NCBI GenBank assembly: GCA_902464635.1
Contig: CABQKC010000009.1
Coordinates: forward strand, 4,224-68,223
Source of the DNA: an uncultured Bacillales bacterium
GTDB lineage: Bacteria > Bacillota_I > Bacilli_A > RFN20 > CAG-826
Length of the DNA: 64,000 nucleotides
Direction: 5' to 3'
The notes beneath the pieces were generated by a model that ran no database searches, was not told the DNA's origin, and was given only the letters and a program-made list of their open reading frames with translations. The position numbers and the translations under genes are program-made. The stretch's first letter is position 1. The number at the start of each line of letters is the position of its first letter. Shown here piece after piece: positions 47,851 to 59,278 of this stretch.

Positions 47851-50448
47851 ATGGATAAATTAATTGTAATCGACGGGAATTCTTTGTTGTTCAGGGCTTT
47901 CTATGCGACTAGCTTTGCAGGTCCTGAATCCATAATGAGGACAAGTTTCAACCAACCTACCAATGCTATATTCGCCTTTGGTAACATGATTTTGAAAATA
48001 CTAGCCAAATTAGGTAAAAACGATGGGATATTCGTTGGTTTTGACTGCGATTCCCATACTTTTAGGAAAGAAGAATTCGCCGATTATAAAGCCAATAGGA
48101 AACCTTGTCCGGAGGAATTGAAGACCCAGTTCCCTTTATCTAGGGATTTATTGTCTTCTTTATCTATTACTCATTTTGAATTGCATGGAGTCGAGGCCGA
48201 TGATATTTGTGGCTCGATTGCTAAAGAAGCTTCTAGAAAAGGAATAAAGGTAGAAATATATACTTCCGATAGGGATTATCTTCAATTAATCGATAAAAAT
48301 ATCTCCATTAATCTACCAGTTAAGGGGTTATCCGAATTAAAGAATGTTAATGAAGATAATATATTCTCCGAATTTGGATTCTACCCTTTACAAACCATTA
48401 CTTATAAAGGACTTAGGGGTGATTCTAGCGATAATCTCCCTGGAATTGCAGGAATTGGAGATGTAACTGCTAAAAAATTAATCCAGGAATATCAGGATTT
48501 TGATTCGATTATCCTTGCTGCAAAAGAAGGCAAGATCAAAGGCAAGATGGCCCAAAAGATAATAGATGGCGAGGCAATTGGAAGAGAATGCTTGAAACTA
48601 GCCACTATCAAATTGGATATCGATCTTCCATTTGAACTAGATTCGCTTCTATATAAAGGATATGAATATAGCAAGGCAAAAGCCTTTACTAGCAAATATG
48701 AATTAAAGCAATTAGAAGCCAAATTATCTTCTTCCGATCTTAAAAAAGAAGAAAAGAAAGTCGATGTAACTGTTTTATCTAATTTAGATAATATTACTTT
48801 TAAAGACGGATTCTCTTTCTATTTTGATATCGATGATGGACCATATTATAACCTTACTCCGCATGGGGTTGCCCTTTTTATGGATGATAAATCCTATTAT
48901 GTCCCATTCTCCTTAATTTTAGAAAATCCTAAATTCAAGGAAGCCTTGGAAAATAAAGATATATCTAAGATTACATATGATTATAAGAAAGCAATTGTCA
49001 TATTGAATAAATTTGGCATTGGATTAAATGGGGATATATTCGATGCAATGCTAGCTTCTTATGTATTGGATTCATCTATTTGTTCTAGCGAAGAATCTTG
49101 CTTTGAATATTATGGATTAAGCGTCGATCATGATGAAATTAGCCTTTTATCTAGCTTCAACAAGATGAGGTGCACTTCTATTGCTAGGAATTCCTATCTA
49201 ATAAAAGACAAGGCCTTATCGTTATTAAAAGATAATAACCAACTAGATTTATATAACAACATCGAACTTCCTTTGGCTAGGATTTTAGCCAAGATGGAGA
49301 TAGAAGGTTTCCCTCTTTCTAAAGATGAACTATCCTCTTTAGGAAAAGGATTCAAAGACAAATTAAAGGAAGAAGAAGAGATTTTGTTTAAATTAGCAGG
49401 CCATTCATTTAATCCTGCCTCCCCTAAACAAGTAAGTGCAATTCTATTTGATGAAATGAAACTAGTCTCTCCGAAAGGAAAAGGGACATCTAGCGATATA
49501 TTGAATTCTTTATTAGACAAAAGCGAATTCCCTAAACACCTGCTCGAATATAGGAAATATGCAAAATTATTAGGTACATATGTCGATGGATTTATCCCCC
49601 ATATCCAAGAAGATGGGAAGGTACATACTATTTTTAACCAAGCCCTTACCACAACAGGCAGGTTATCTTCTTCTAACCCAAATTTGCAAAATATATCCGG
49701 GAAAGATGAAGATGGATTAAAAGTAAAAGCATGTTTCCATTATCCATCCAATAAGATTATGGCCTTAGACTATTCGCAAGTCGAACTTAGGGTTTTGGCA
49801 TCTTTAGCTAATTCAAAAGACTACAAAGAAATATTCTCTTCTAGTAGAGATATCCATAGCGAGACTGCTAGAAAAGTATTCGGATTAAGTAAGGACGAAG
49901 AAGTTCCACATGCTTTAAGAAAAAAGGCAAAGGCTGTCAATTTTGCAATTATATATGGGACTACTCCTTATGGATTAAGCGAACAAATTGGTTGTTCCCC
50001 TGCTGAAGCTTCTTCCTTAATAAAAAGCTTCTATACCCATTATCCTGAAATAAGGACTTATCTATCTAGTATCATTGAAAATGCCGAAAAGAGCGGATAT
50101 GTCGAGACAATGTTTGGAAGAAGAAGATACCTTCCAGATTTGACTTCCCCTAATTTTGCAAAGCGCGAAGCAGCGAAGCGAGCTGCCTTAAATGCCCCAG
50201 TCCAAGGAAGCGCGGCCGATTTAATTAAAATCGCCATGATTAAAGTCGATGAATTTTTAACTAAGAACAATTACAAGAGCAAGATGGTTCTGCAGATCCA
50301 CGATGAACTTGATTTCCTTTTGGATAAAGATGAGGAAAGCTTCCTTCCAGATAAGATTAAAGAAATCATGGAAACTTGCGTGAATATGGATGTCAAATTG
50401 GAAGCAAGTTGCTCATTTGGATCTAATTTTGCTTCAACAAAGGATTAA
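47851..50448 (+). CDS. polA: DNA polymerase I
   Basis: 5'-nuclease N-terminus (LIVIDGNSLLFRAFYA); polymerase motifs DYSQVELRVLA, RKKAKAVNFAIIYG and QIHDEL. Confidence 0.97.
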   Translation: MDKLIVIDGNSLLFRAFYATSFAGPESIMRTSFNQPTNAIFAFGNMILKILAKLGKNDGIFVGFDCDSHTFRKEEFADYKANRKPCPEELKTQFPLSRDLLSSLSITHFELHGVEADDICGSIAKEASRKGIKVEIYTSDRDYLQLIDKNISINLPVKGLSELKNVNEDNIFSEFGFYPLQTITYKGLRGDSSDNLPGIAGIGDVTAKKLIQEYQDFDSIILAAKEGKIKGKMAQKIIDGEAIGRECLKLATIKLDIDLPFELDSLLYKGYEYSKAKAFTSKYELKQLEAKLSSSDLKKEEKKVDVTVLSNLDNITFKDGFSFYFDIDDGPYYNLTPHGVALFMDDKSYYVPFSLILENPKFKEALENKDISKITYDYKKAIVILNKFGIGLNGDIFDAMLASYVLDSSICSSEESCFEYYGLSVDHDEISLLSSFNKMRCTSIARNSYLIKDKALSLLKDNNQLDLYNNIELPLARILAKMEIEGFPLSKDELSSLGKGFKDKLKEEEEILFKLAGHSFNPASPKQVSAILFDEMKLVSPKGKGTSSDILNSLLDKSEFPKHLLEYRKYAKLLGTYVDGFIPHIQEDGKVHTIFNQALTTTGRLSSSNPNLQNISGKDEDGLKVKACFHYPSNKIMALDYSQVELRVLASLANSKDYKEIFSSSRDIHSETARKVFGLSKDEEVPHALRKKAKAVNFAIIYGTTPYGLSEQIGCSPAEASSLIKSFYTHYPEIRTYLSSIIENAEKSGYVETMFGRRRYLPDLTSPNFAKREAAKRAALNAPVQGSAADLIKIAMIKVDEFLTKNNYKSKMVLQIHDELDFLLDKDEESFLPDKIKEIMETCVNMDVKLEASCSFGSNFASTKD

Positions 50449-50451
50449 TAT

Positions 50452-51849
50452 ATGCCCGAATTACCAGAAGTAGAGACTTTTAGAAGAGTCTTAGAAAAAG
50501 ATTTGTCATCTAGGAAGATAAACAAGATAAATATTATCTATTCCAAGACAATTCAATCTGATCTAATTGAATTTATAGATAAAGTAACTAGTTCTAGATT
50601 TATTAATATTTCTAGAAAAGGCAAGTTTCTCTTATTCCATCTAGATAATTCTTTTTGTTTGTTGTCTCATCTAAGGATGGAAGGAAAATATTTTATCGAA
50701 CCTCTAGATGAGCCTAGAAAAAAGCATGATTTAGTCGAATTTATTTTAGATAACAACACCAAACTAGTTTATAATGATGTCAGGAAATTTGGCTTTATAT
50801 CCTTATACAAAGAAAAAGATGTTTTAGCCACTCCTCCTTTATCTAATCTAGGCAAAGAGCCTTTTGAAATTAGTGAAGTCGAATTATTTGAAGGATTAAG
50901 CAAAAGAAAAGATGTCATAAAAGAAGCCTTGCTTGATCAGAATTTGATTTCAGGATTAGGGAATATTTATGATGATGAAGTTTTATATGCATCTAAAATT
51001 CATCCAACTACCCCATCTAATAAAATTAGTTTAGAGCAATGTAAAGAAATCATTAAAAATTCAATATCAGTCTTAAACAAGGCGATTAATAATAAAGGCT
51101 CGACGATTAAAAGCTTCCATTTCAAGGAAAATGAATCGGGTTCAATGCAAGATTATTTGCTTTGCTATGGTAAAGAAGGAAAGAAGTGTCCTAGATGCGG
51201 ATCTATTTTCCATAAGATTAGAGTTGGAGGAAGAGGGACTACATATTGTCCAACTTGCCAACAAAATAAATATAAACCTTATGTAATCGGGATAACCGGC
51301 CCAATACATGCAGGCAAATCTAGCGTTTCCGCTTATTTTAAATCCAAGGGCTTTGTTGTTTTCGATGCAGATAAGCAAATTAAGGAAATGTATCTAGAAA
51401 AGCCTATCATTGAAACAATGGTCAAGATGTTTGGCCCTTCAATACTTAAGGATAATAACATCGATAAAAGTGAATTATCTTCATTACTCCTAATTGAATC
51501 TAATAAAAAGAAATTAATGGATTATCTTTATCCTATATTATTTAAAAGAGCCGAGGAATTCATAGATAATGCGAAAAGCAATGTCATTTTAGATGTACCC
51601 ATTCTATATAAATCTAATCTAGATAACCTAACTGATTATGTAATTTATATAGATGCCCCAGTTCAAATTAGGGAAGAAAGGATTCTAAAAGAAAATAGAG
51701 ATGCCTCTACCTTATTAAAAATAAATGCAAGTTATCCTGCTTCTATTTCAAAAAAGAAAGCATCCATATATATAAATAACGATGCCTCCATTGCTGATTT
51801 ATATAATAAATTAGATAAAATCAATATCCCAAGTGGATATAAATATTAA
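50452..51849 (+). CDS. Fusion: formamidopyrimidine-DNA glycosylase (Fpg/MutM) + dephospho-CoA kinase (CoaE)
   Basis: aa 1-270 carry MPELPEVE and the CPRCG...YCPTCQ zinc finger. From aa 277, YVIGITGPIHAGKSSV is a P-loop followed by a CoaE-like body. The frame is continuous, with no stop. Confidence 0.85.
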   Translation: MPELPEVETFRRVLEKDLSSRKINKINIIYSKTIQSDLIEFIDKVTSSRFINISRKGKFLLFHLDNSFCLLSHLRMEGKYFIEPLDEPRKKHDLVEFILDNNTKLVYNDVRKFGFISLYKEKDVLATPPLSNLGKEPFEISEVELFEGLSKRKDVIKEALLDQNLISGLGNIYDDEVLYASKIHPTTPSNKISLEQCKEIIKNSISVLNKAINNKGSTIKSFHFKENESGSMQDYLLCYGKEGKKCPRCGSIFHKIRVGGRGTTYCPTCQQNKYKPYVIGITGPIHAGKSSVSAYFKSKGFVVFDADKQIKEMYLEKPIIETMVKMFGPSILKDNNIDKSELSSLLLIESNKKKLMDYLYPILFKRAEEFIDNAKSNVILDVPILYKSNLDNLTDYVIYIDAPVQIREERILKENRDASTLLKINASYPASISKKKASIYINNDASIADLYNKLDKINIPSGYKY

Positions 51850-52745
51850 TATAGATTCAGGCTTGTAGATATATCAAAGCCATTCCCGCAATTACGGGTC
51901 AATATATCTTTTAGTTGCCTTGCATATATTGGGCCAATCTTATCTTTATATAAAGATTCAATTTCTTTAATTGAAAAACTAGACCCAAAGAAAGTACGTA
52001 ATCCCTGCTTATTTCTATAATCTAATAAAGGCAATAGATAGGTTGAGAAAGTATATTCGGTTTTGTATTCATTTCCAAAATCATCGATGACAAGTAAAGG
52101 AGCATTTTTGATTTTATCGAAATAAATATCGAATTCTTCCTTATTTAAATATGATAGATTCTTGAATTTTTCTAATAAAGACTGGCAAGAAACATAGGCA
52201 CACCCTGGATGAGATTTAGCAAAATAAACGGCAAAAGTAGCTAAAATATATGATTTTCCTGATCTAGTCGAACCATATAGATAAATCCAAGAAGAGCTCT
52301 TTTCTTTTACCGAACTCCCAATCGCTTTATAGGCTTCTCCCCTAACAATGCTCGTGTCAATAGATTTAACTTTATTATCTAAATAGCTATCAGGGAAAGA
52401 ATAAGTAAAGAACATCTTCTTCTTTTCTTCTAATTTAGACACTTCCTTGCAAGGAGAAAAAGAGGGCACGACTAGAGAATCTCTTTTTTCTAGATCCATC
52501 TTTAGATATGGATTATTTTTCTTACATTTATCTAGCCCAGGGCAATTAAGACAATAATTAACATCTTCCTGATAAGTTAACAAAATGGCTAGATTAGCCT
52601 TAACTTCCTTCGCGGTTAAGCCAAGCTTAGAAGAAATCGTCTCATAGACAATAGGATCATTTTTAAGTCCTTCGATTGATTCCTTATATAAAGAATCTAT
52701 GTTGCCAAGTTTAATCGAACTCAAATTTAATTTTTCCATAATCAA
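51846..52745 (-). CDS. dnaI: Helicase loader DnaI
   Basis: N-terminal Cys cluster (CLNCPGLDKC), an AAA+ Walker A GSTRSGKS and a LLVIDDFG Walker B; follows dnaB. Confidence 0.85.
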   Translation of the reverse strand: MIMEKLNLSSIKLGNIDSLYKESIEGLKNDPIVYETISSKLGLTAKEVKANLAILLTYQEDVNYCLNCPGLDKCKKNNPYLKMDLEKRDSLVVPSFSPCKEVSKLEEKKKMFFTYSFPDSYLDNKVKSIDTSIVRGEAYKAIGSSVKEKSSSWIYLYGSTRSGKSYILATFAVYFAKSHPGCAYVSCQSLLEKFKNLSYLNKEEFDIYFDKIKNAPLLVIDDFGNEYKTEYTFSTYLLPLLDYRNKQGLRTFFGSSFSIKEIESLYKDKIGPIYARQLKDILTRNCGNGFDISTSLNLY

Positions 52746-53971
52746 TCATCAAAACTTTCTAGATAATTCTTTATATCTTCTTCTGTCTCTAATTTAGTAG
52801 AATCCTCTTCTTTATTTGCTTCTACCTTAACTTCTTCTTTAACTACAGGGGTTACTTCTTTTTCTATTTTAGTTTTCTTATAACTAACTTTATTACTTGG
52901 CAACGAATTCAATATTTCCATTGCATCTTTAGCATTCTTCGCGCCTTTCCTAGTTAGGATTGCCCCAAGATTTTCGCAGTATGTATAAGAAAGAATCCCA
53001 TCATTTTTAGCCAATGCATAATCAATAATTACATTGATAAGCGGATTAGATAAATTTGCATTGAAGGCAAGAGATTGAATTAATTTTAGATCCTTGACGG
53101 AAGGGCGATGTCCGCTTTGGAGGTTATATAGGAATTCCTTAGGAGTGACTTCATCCATCATCTCTATCTTTTTCTTTAAGGCACTTGGGGCACTTACTTG
53201 GCTTTTTGGGGTTTCGTTTTTACCAATATAATCAAACTTCATGCTGGCCCTACATTGCTTTTCTATAATTAGGAAGTCAATTTTTCCGTTTACTAAGGCT
53301 TGACGGACAATCTCAGCCATAGTATCAGCATCATAGCCATAAAGAATCGCGAATTTAGCAATCTTTTCTTTGTCATCATCGCTAATCGAATTTAGATTAA
53401 TCCCAAAAGAAAGAAGAGAATTATTCAATTTAGAATAATCAAATGAGGTTTCTAATTTGGCTTTCTTTTCTTTAGCTTTAGTCAATACATTTTCATTTGG
53501 TGCCCCAAAATAATCTGAATAGGTTTCAGAGACATCCTTAAATCCTGGTAATTTTATGGATTTAAGATATTTGGATTCAATTATCTTATATTCATCTTTG
53601 CCTATATAAGTCCTTAATAAAGATGAGAATAATGGTTCATTTAGGAAATCTTTCGGGCCTAAAGGAGAACGAATGCAATAGATAAAGCAATTGGCAGTCG
53701 GGCTTTCTTGGAATAAGGTCTTGATTAATCCTACTGCTTCTAATGCCAAGAAAGCGTTATATACTTCATTGACACTCAATTGAAGCCAGCCAAGCATTCT
53801 TTCGTGAGTTACCATGTTATTTGGCTTTTCTGACATCAAGAAGGCATATAAAGAAAAAGCCTTCCCTCCAATCAAAGGAAGATAGAGGTCTCTTACCTTT
53901 AAAATATCATCAGAATCATAAGAATCGTTTTTTCTAGTTTCGTAAAAATCAAGTGCGCCAAAAGAATGCAT
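52742..53971 (-). CDS. dnaB: Replication initiation/membrane attachment protein DnaB (DnaD-domain family)
   Basis: 409 aa, overlaps dnaI by 4 nt, with winged-helix-like and DnaD-like repeats. The call rests mainly on synteny and general resemblance. Confidence 0.7.
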   Translation of the reverse strand: MHSFGALDFYETRKNDSYDSDDILKVRDLYLPLIGGKAFSLYAFLMSEKPNNMVTHERMLGWLQLSVNEVYNAFLALEAVGLIKTLFQESPTANCFIYCIRSPLGPKDFLNEPLFSSLLRTYIGKDEYKIIESKYLKSIKLPGFKDVSETYSDYFGAPNENVLTKAKEKKAKLETSFDYSKLNNSLLSFGINLNSISDDDKEKIAKFAILYGYDADTMAEIVRQALVNGKIDFLIIEKQCRASMKFDYIGKNETPKSQVSAPSALKKKIEMMDEVTPKEFLYNLQSGHRPSVKDLKLIQSLAFNANLSNPLINVIIDYALAKNDGILSYTYCENLGAILTRKGAKNAKDAMEILNSLPSNKVSYKKTKIEKEVTPVVKEEVKVEANKEEDSTKLETEEDIKNYLESFDD

Positions 53972-54181
53972 ATAAATCTCCTCTAAAAGGATAACATTTT
54001 TAGAAGGATATTTTTATAGAAGTTTATATTTTCTCTTCTTTTTAAATAACATTAATTTTAAAAATTACCATTATTACTTATAAAATCAGGAAAATACTAT
54101 CTAAAGTACGAATATTTATATATTCGTGGGTACATTCCAAATAGAAATAGGCTATAATCTATCCGGAAATCGAGGTAGTTT

Positions 54182-55144
54182 ATGATTCAAAAGATTGGTG
54201 TACTTACCTCCGGTGGTGATTCCCCGGGAATGAATTGTGCCATAAGAGCTGTTGTTAGAGCTGGTTTATCTTATGGACTTGAAGTATATGGAATAATGGA
54301 TGGCTATAGAGGATTAGTCGATGATGACATGTTCTTAATGAATAGATCTTCTGTATCTGACATCGTCAATAGAGGCGGTACGATTTTGCAAACTGCACGT
54401 CTTCGTGAATTCAAAGAAGAAAGCGTTAGACAGATTGCTGTCAATAACCTAAGGAAAAGAGGCATTGATGCCCTTGTAGTTATTGGTGGCGATGGCTCCT
54501 ATATGGGTGCTAAAAAGCTTACCGAAATGGGCATCAACTGTGTTGGGCTTCCTGGAACTATCGATAATGATATTGCTTCTACTGACTATACAATCGGATT
54601 CGATACTTGTTTGAATACAATTGTCGAATGCGTAGATAAGATTAGGGATACAACCGAATCACATCAACGTTGTGCTGTTATCGAAGTAATGGGCAACCAC
54701 TGTGGTGATCTTGCCTTATTCTCAGGTTTGGCAGAGGGTGCTGAAATGATTATTACTCCAGATCACCCAATCCCAGAAGACGAAATAATTGATTCCTTGA
54801 AGAAATTGCATGACTCAAAAAAGAAGAGGGCCATTGTTATAGTTTCAGAAAAGATGTATCCAGATATTCATGCCTTTGCTGCTAAAATCGGCGAGAACAC
54901 CGGCTTTGAATGCCGTGCCGAAGTATTAGGCAGAGTCCAAAGAGGCGGCGCCCCTAGCGCTTTTGATAGAATCCTAGCAGCTAGAATGGGTGCATATGCC
55001 GTTGATTGCCTTCTTGATGGAAAAGGTGGCATCTGCGTTGGCTTAATCAATAACAAGATTGTTGATTATGATATCTACGAAGCACTTCAATTGCCACGTG
55101 ATAAGCATGTTTCGATGCTTAGATTGATTGATATCCTAAAATAA
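54182..55144 (+). CDS. pfkA: ATP-dependent 6-phosphofructokinase
   Basis: IGVLTSGGDSPGMN, IGGDGS and PGTIDND motifs. Confidence 0.97.
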   Translation: MIQKIGVLTSGGDSPGMNCAIRAVVRAGLSYGLEVYGIMDGYRGLVDDDMFLMNRSSVSDIVNRGGTILQTARLREFKEESVRQIAVNNLRKRGIDALVVIGGDGSYMGAKKLTEMGINCVGLPGTIDNDIASTDYTIGFDTCLNTIVECVDKIRDTTESHQRCAVIEVMGNHCGDLALFSGLAEGAEMIITPDHPIPEDEIIDSLKKLHDSKKKRAIVIVSEKMYPDIHAFAAKIGENTGFECRAEVLGRVQRGGAPSAFDRILAARMGAYAVDCLLDGKGGICVGLINNKIVDYDIYEALQLPRDKHVSMLRLIDILK

Positions 55145-55154
55145 GAGGGAACCC

Positions 55155-56609
55155 ATGCTTTTTAACATTTCTAAAAAGACAAAAATTGTCTGCACGATCG
55201 GTCCTGCTAGCGATACAAGAGAAAAAATCCTTGAATTATATAAAGCCGGTATGACTGTCATGAGGGTCAATTTTTCCCATGGTACTCATCAAGAACAACT
55301 AGGAAAAATAAAGATTGCACGTGATTTTGAACGCGATGGAATCTATATCCCAGTCGCACTCGATACTAAAGGTCCTGAAATCAGGACTGGCTATATGAAA
55401 GACGGGGCCATTAAAGTCTCAACTGGCCAAAAAATGGTTATCTCCATGGAAGATAGACTTGGAGATGAAAACGGTTTCTCTGTTACCTATAAGGGTTTAT
55501 ATGATGATGTAAAAGTCGGAGACCATATCCTTATTGATGATGGTAATCTTGATTTCTTGATAATTAAGAAGAATGAAGATAATAGAACCTTATTAGTAGA
55601 AGCTAGAAATGCCCATATCTTAAAGGACCAAAAAGGTGTCAATTGCCCATTTTCTAGGCTTAATATGCCCTTTATATCTCCTTCTGATGAAAGCGACCTT
55701 AAGTTTGGATGCGAGCAGCATGTAGATGCAATATTTGCTTCTTTTACTAGACGTAAGGAAGATATTCTTGAAATAAGGAAAGTCTTAACTAAATACGGCG
55801 AACCTGATATCCCAATATTTGCTAAGATTGAAAATCCTGAAGCCATAGAAAAAATAAAAGAAATTGTCGATGAAGCTGATGGAATCATGGTTGCTAGAGG
55901 CGATTTAGGAGTAGAAATACCTCCTGAACAAGTCCCAGTAATCCAAAAAGAAATCATTGAATTATGTAGGAAAAAGGGCAAGCCAGTCATCACTGCTACC
56001 CAAATGCTAGATTCAATGGTAGCTCATCCTCGTCCAACTAGGGCTGAAGTTTCTGACTGCGCCACCGCTATTAATGAATCTAGCGATGCTGTCATGCTTT
56101 CAGCTGAATCTGCTTCAGGACTTTATCCAGTTGAGTCTTGTGCTATGCAAGCTAAGATTGCTGCTACAATGGAAAAATATCTAGATTATGAGAAACTAGC
56201 TAGAGAAGCTTATGAAACTAGTGAGCATTCAAATAACGATGCTATTTCTAATGCAGTTGCCAATACAGCTTTATTAATCGGGGCTAAACTAATTGTCAAT
56301 TTCACCGAAACTGGCAAATCCACTGTAAGAATTTCTAAATCAAGACCATGCTGCCCTATTATTTCTATTACTAATAGAAGAAGCACTGCCATGAAAGGTG
56401 CCTTTATGTGGGGTGTTTATTCGGTATTACTAAAAACTTCCATGCCTGATTTTATCGAGGAAATGGAAGTACTTGCACTTAAGATTGCTAGAGATCAAGG
56501 CATACCTGCTGGAGAGCCAATCATTATTGCTGGCGGCACTCCTACCGGTGCAGGGAAAACTAATTTCATGCGAATTGTAAATGTCAATTCGATTGAAGAT
56601 ATTGATTAG
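55155..56609 (+). CDS. pyk: Pyruvate kinase
   Basis: KIVCTIGPAS, MVARGDLGVEIP and MLDSM blocks; 484 aa with no PEP-utiliser extension. Confidence 0.97.
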   Translation: MLFNISKKTKIVCTIGPASDTREKILELYKAGMTVMRVNFSHGTHQEQLGKIKIARDFERDGIYIPVALDTKGPEIRTGYMKDGAIKVSTGQKMVISMEDRLGDENGFSVTYKGLYDDVKVGDHILIDDGNLDFLIIKKNEDNRTLLVEARNAHILKDQKGVNCPFSRLNMPFISPSDESDLKFGCEQHVDAIFASFTRRKEDILEIRKVLTKYGEPDIPIFAKIENPEAIEKIKEIVDEADGIMVARGDLGVEIPPEQVPVIQKEIIELCRKKGKPVITATQMLDSMVAHPRPTRAEVSDCATAINESSDAVMLSAESASGLYPVESCAMQAKIAATMEKYLDYEKLAREAYETSEHSNNDAISNAVANTALLIGAKLIVNFTETGKSTVRISKSRPCCPIISITNRRSTAMKGAFMWGVYSVLLKTSMPDFIEEMEVLALKIARDQGIPAGEPIIIAGGTPTGAGKTNFMRIVNVNSIEDID

Positions 56610-57538
56610 GCTACTTCGGTAGCCTTTTTATTTGCTAGTCTAGGATAGATATAGGTAAATACTAAATCAAATATCAATATACCTAGGAAATAACCCATGG
56701 TTACATCAGTTGCATTATGTGCACCTCTATATATTCTAGATAATGCAACTAAAGCTCCCCAAATATAGCTAAATATCCTTATTGATAAGCTTCTATATTT
56801 ATTTTCCTTGAAATATGGGAAAGTTGATAAGGCGATTATCCCTAAGGCATTCATCGTATGCCCAGAAGGGAAAGAGAAGCAGTCATCGAATTTGACGTTT
56901 ATTCCTGGATGAGCTGCTATATCATCTTTATATTGGGCAAAACTCCACCACCCCTGAGGCTTATAAAATGGTAGCCAGTGTGCTTGAATATCTTCTCCTT
57001 CATAAAGCTTTACAAGGAAACGGTAACGAGGACGAAACCAGAATACTTTTATTAGGTTCATTACTACCCATATAGATATATATAGGATAATAATAGATAG
57101 GCAAACTCTAAATAGATCGCTTGGATCTTTGCTCCACTTACTAGCAAGTATTGCAAAAGGAAGCGTCAAGGCAACATAAATTAGTCCAAACAAAGGAATA
57201 TATCCATAATTTAGATGCAAGGAGAATATACGGTTGCTATAACTCCTAAGTTGCCCTCCTCCATAGCAATTTGCTACTAATATCGATAAAAAGAACAATA
57301 TTCCATATATAATCGACCTTTTCTTCGTAGATTTATCTCTATTTATAAAGCAATAGAACGAAGCAAAACAAAATAATAGCTGGAATAATGCTTCTCCAAT
57401 CATTTCAAAAGTCTGTCCAAATAGATTACTTGGATTAAATAATGTTGATGAGATATTAAAATCAAAGAAGGCAACAATAATAAATGTAATTAAACAAAGT
57501 GGGTAAATAATATATCTTTCAATTCTTTTCATGTCCAA
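56606..57538 (-). CDS. PAP2-family membrane phosphatase
   Basis: Polytopic membrane protein with SFPSGHT and SRIYRGAHNATDV motifs. Confidence 0.8.
   Translation of the reverse strand: MDMKRIERYIIYPLCLITFIIVAFFDFNISSTLFNPSNLFGQTFEMIGEALFQLLFCFASFYCFINRDKSTKKRSIIYGILFFLSILVANCYGGGQLRSYSNRIFSLHLNYGYIPLFGLIYVALTLPFAILASKWSKDPSDLFRVCLSIIILYISIWVVMNLIKVFWFRPRYRFLVKLYEGEDIQAHWLPFYKPQGWWSFAQYKDDIAAHPGINVKFDDCFSFPSGHTMNALGIIALSTFPYFKENKYRSLSIRIFSYIWGALVALSRIYRGAHNATDVTMGYFLGILIFDLVFTYIYPRLANKKATEVA
56608..56629 (+). terminator. pyk terminator (UUCG-loop hairpin) embedded in the convergent PAP2 gene's 3' end
   Basis: AGGCTAC-TTCG-GTAGCCT (56608-56625) followed by TTTT. Confidence 0.7.
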
Positions 57539-57647
57539 ATTGTATTAGATAAAGAGGGGGAACGCTAGAAGAAAAGCAATAACCTAAAAGATATTCTTAT
57601 ATCAATTACCTACCTCTATAATTATTTTAACTAACAAGGATAAACTT

Positions 57648-57803
57648 ATGGATTTTGATGTCGAAGAATATATAAATACCCATCATGATGAGATCGTTAA
57701 AAAGGTCATTGAGTCAGTTGAAGCCACTAAAAAAGGCGAGAAGTCCTATACTCTAGAAGAATCAAAACAATTAATAGATAAATTAATTAATGAAAGCAAA
57801 TGA
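57648..57803 (+). CDS. Possible 51-aa acidic/helical ORF
   Basis: My own translation is MDFDVEEYINTHHDEIVKKVIESVEATKKGEKSYTLEESKQLIDKLINESK. SD AAGGA, TATAAT upstream and a hairpin downstream. No homology recognised. Confidence 0.35.
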   Translation: MDFDVEEYINTHHDEIVKKVIESVEATKKGEKSYTLEESKQLIDKLINESK

Positions 57804-57849
57804 AAAGGGCTACCAATAAAGGCAACCCTTCTTTAGTTTTGTTTAATAA

Positions 57850-59232
<1,383 letters not shown>

Positions 59233-59278
59233 CTAATTACCGAGATAGCGAAACACTGCTAATGTATTTGTAGAAATA

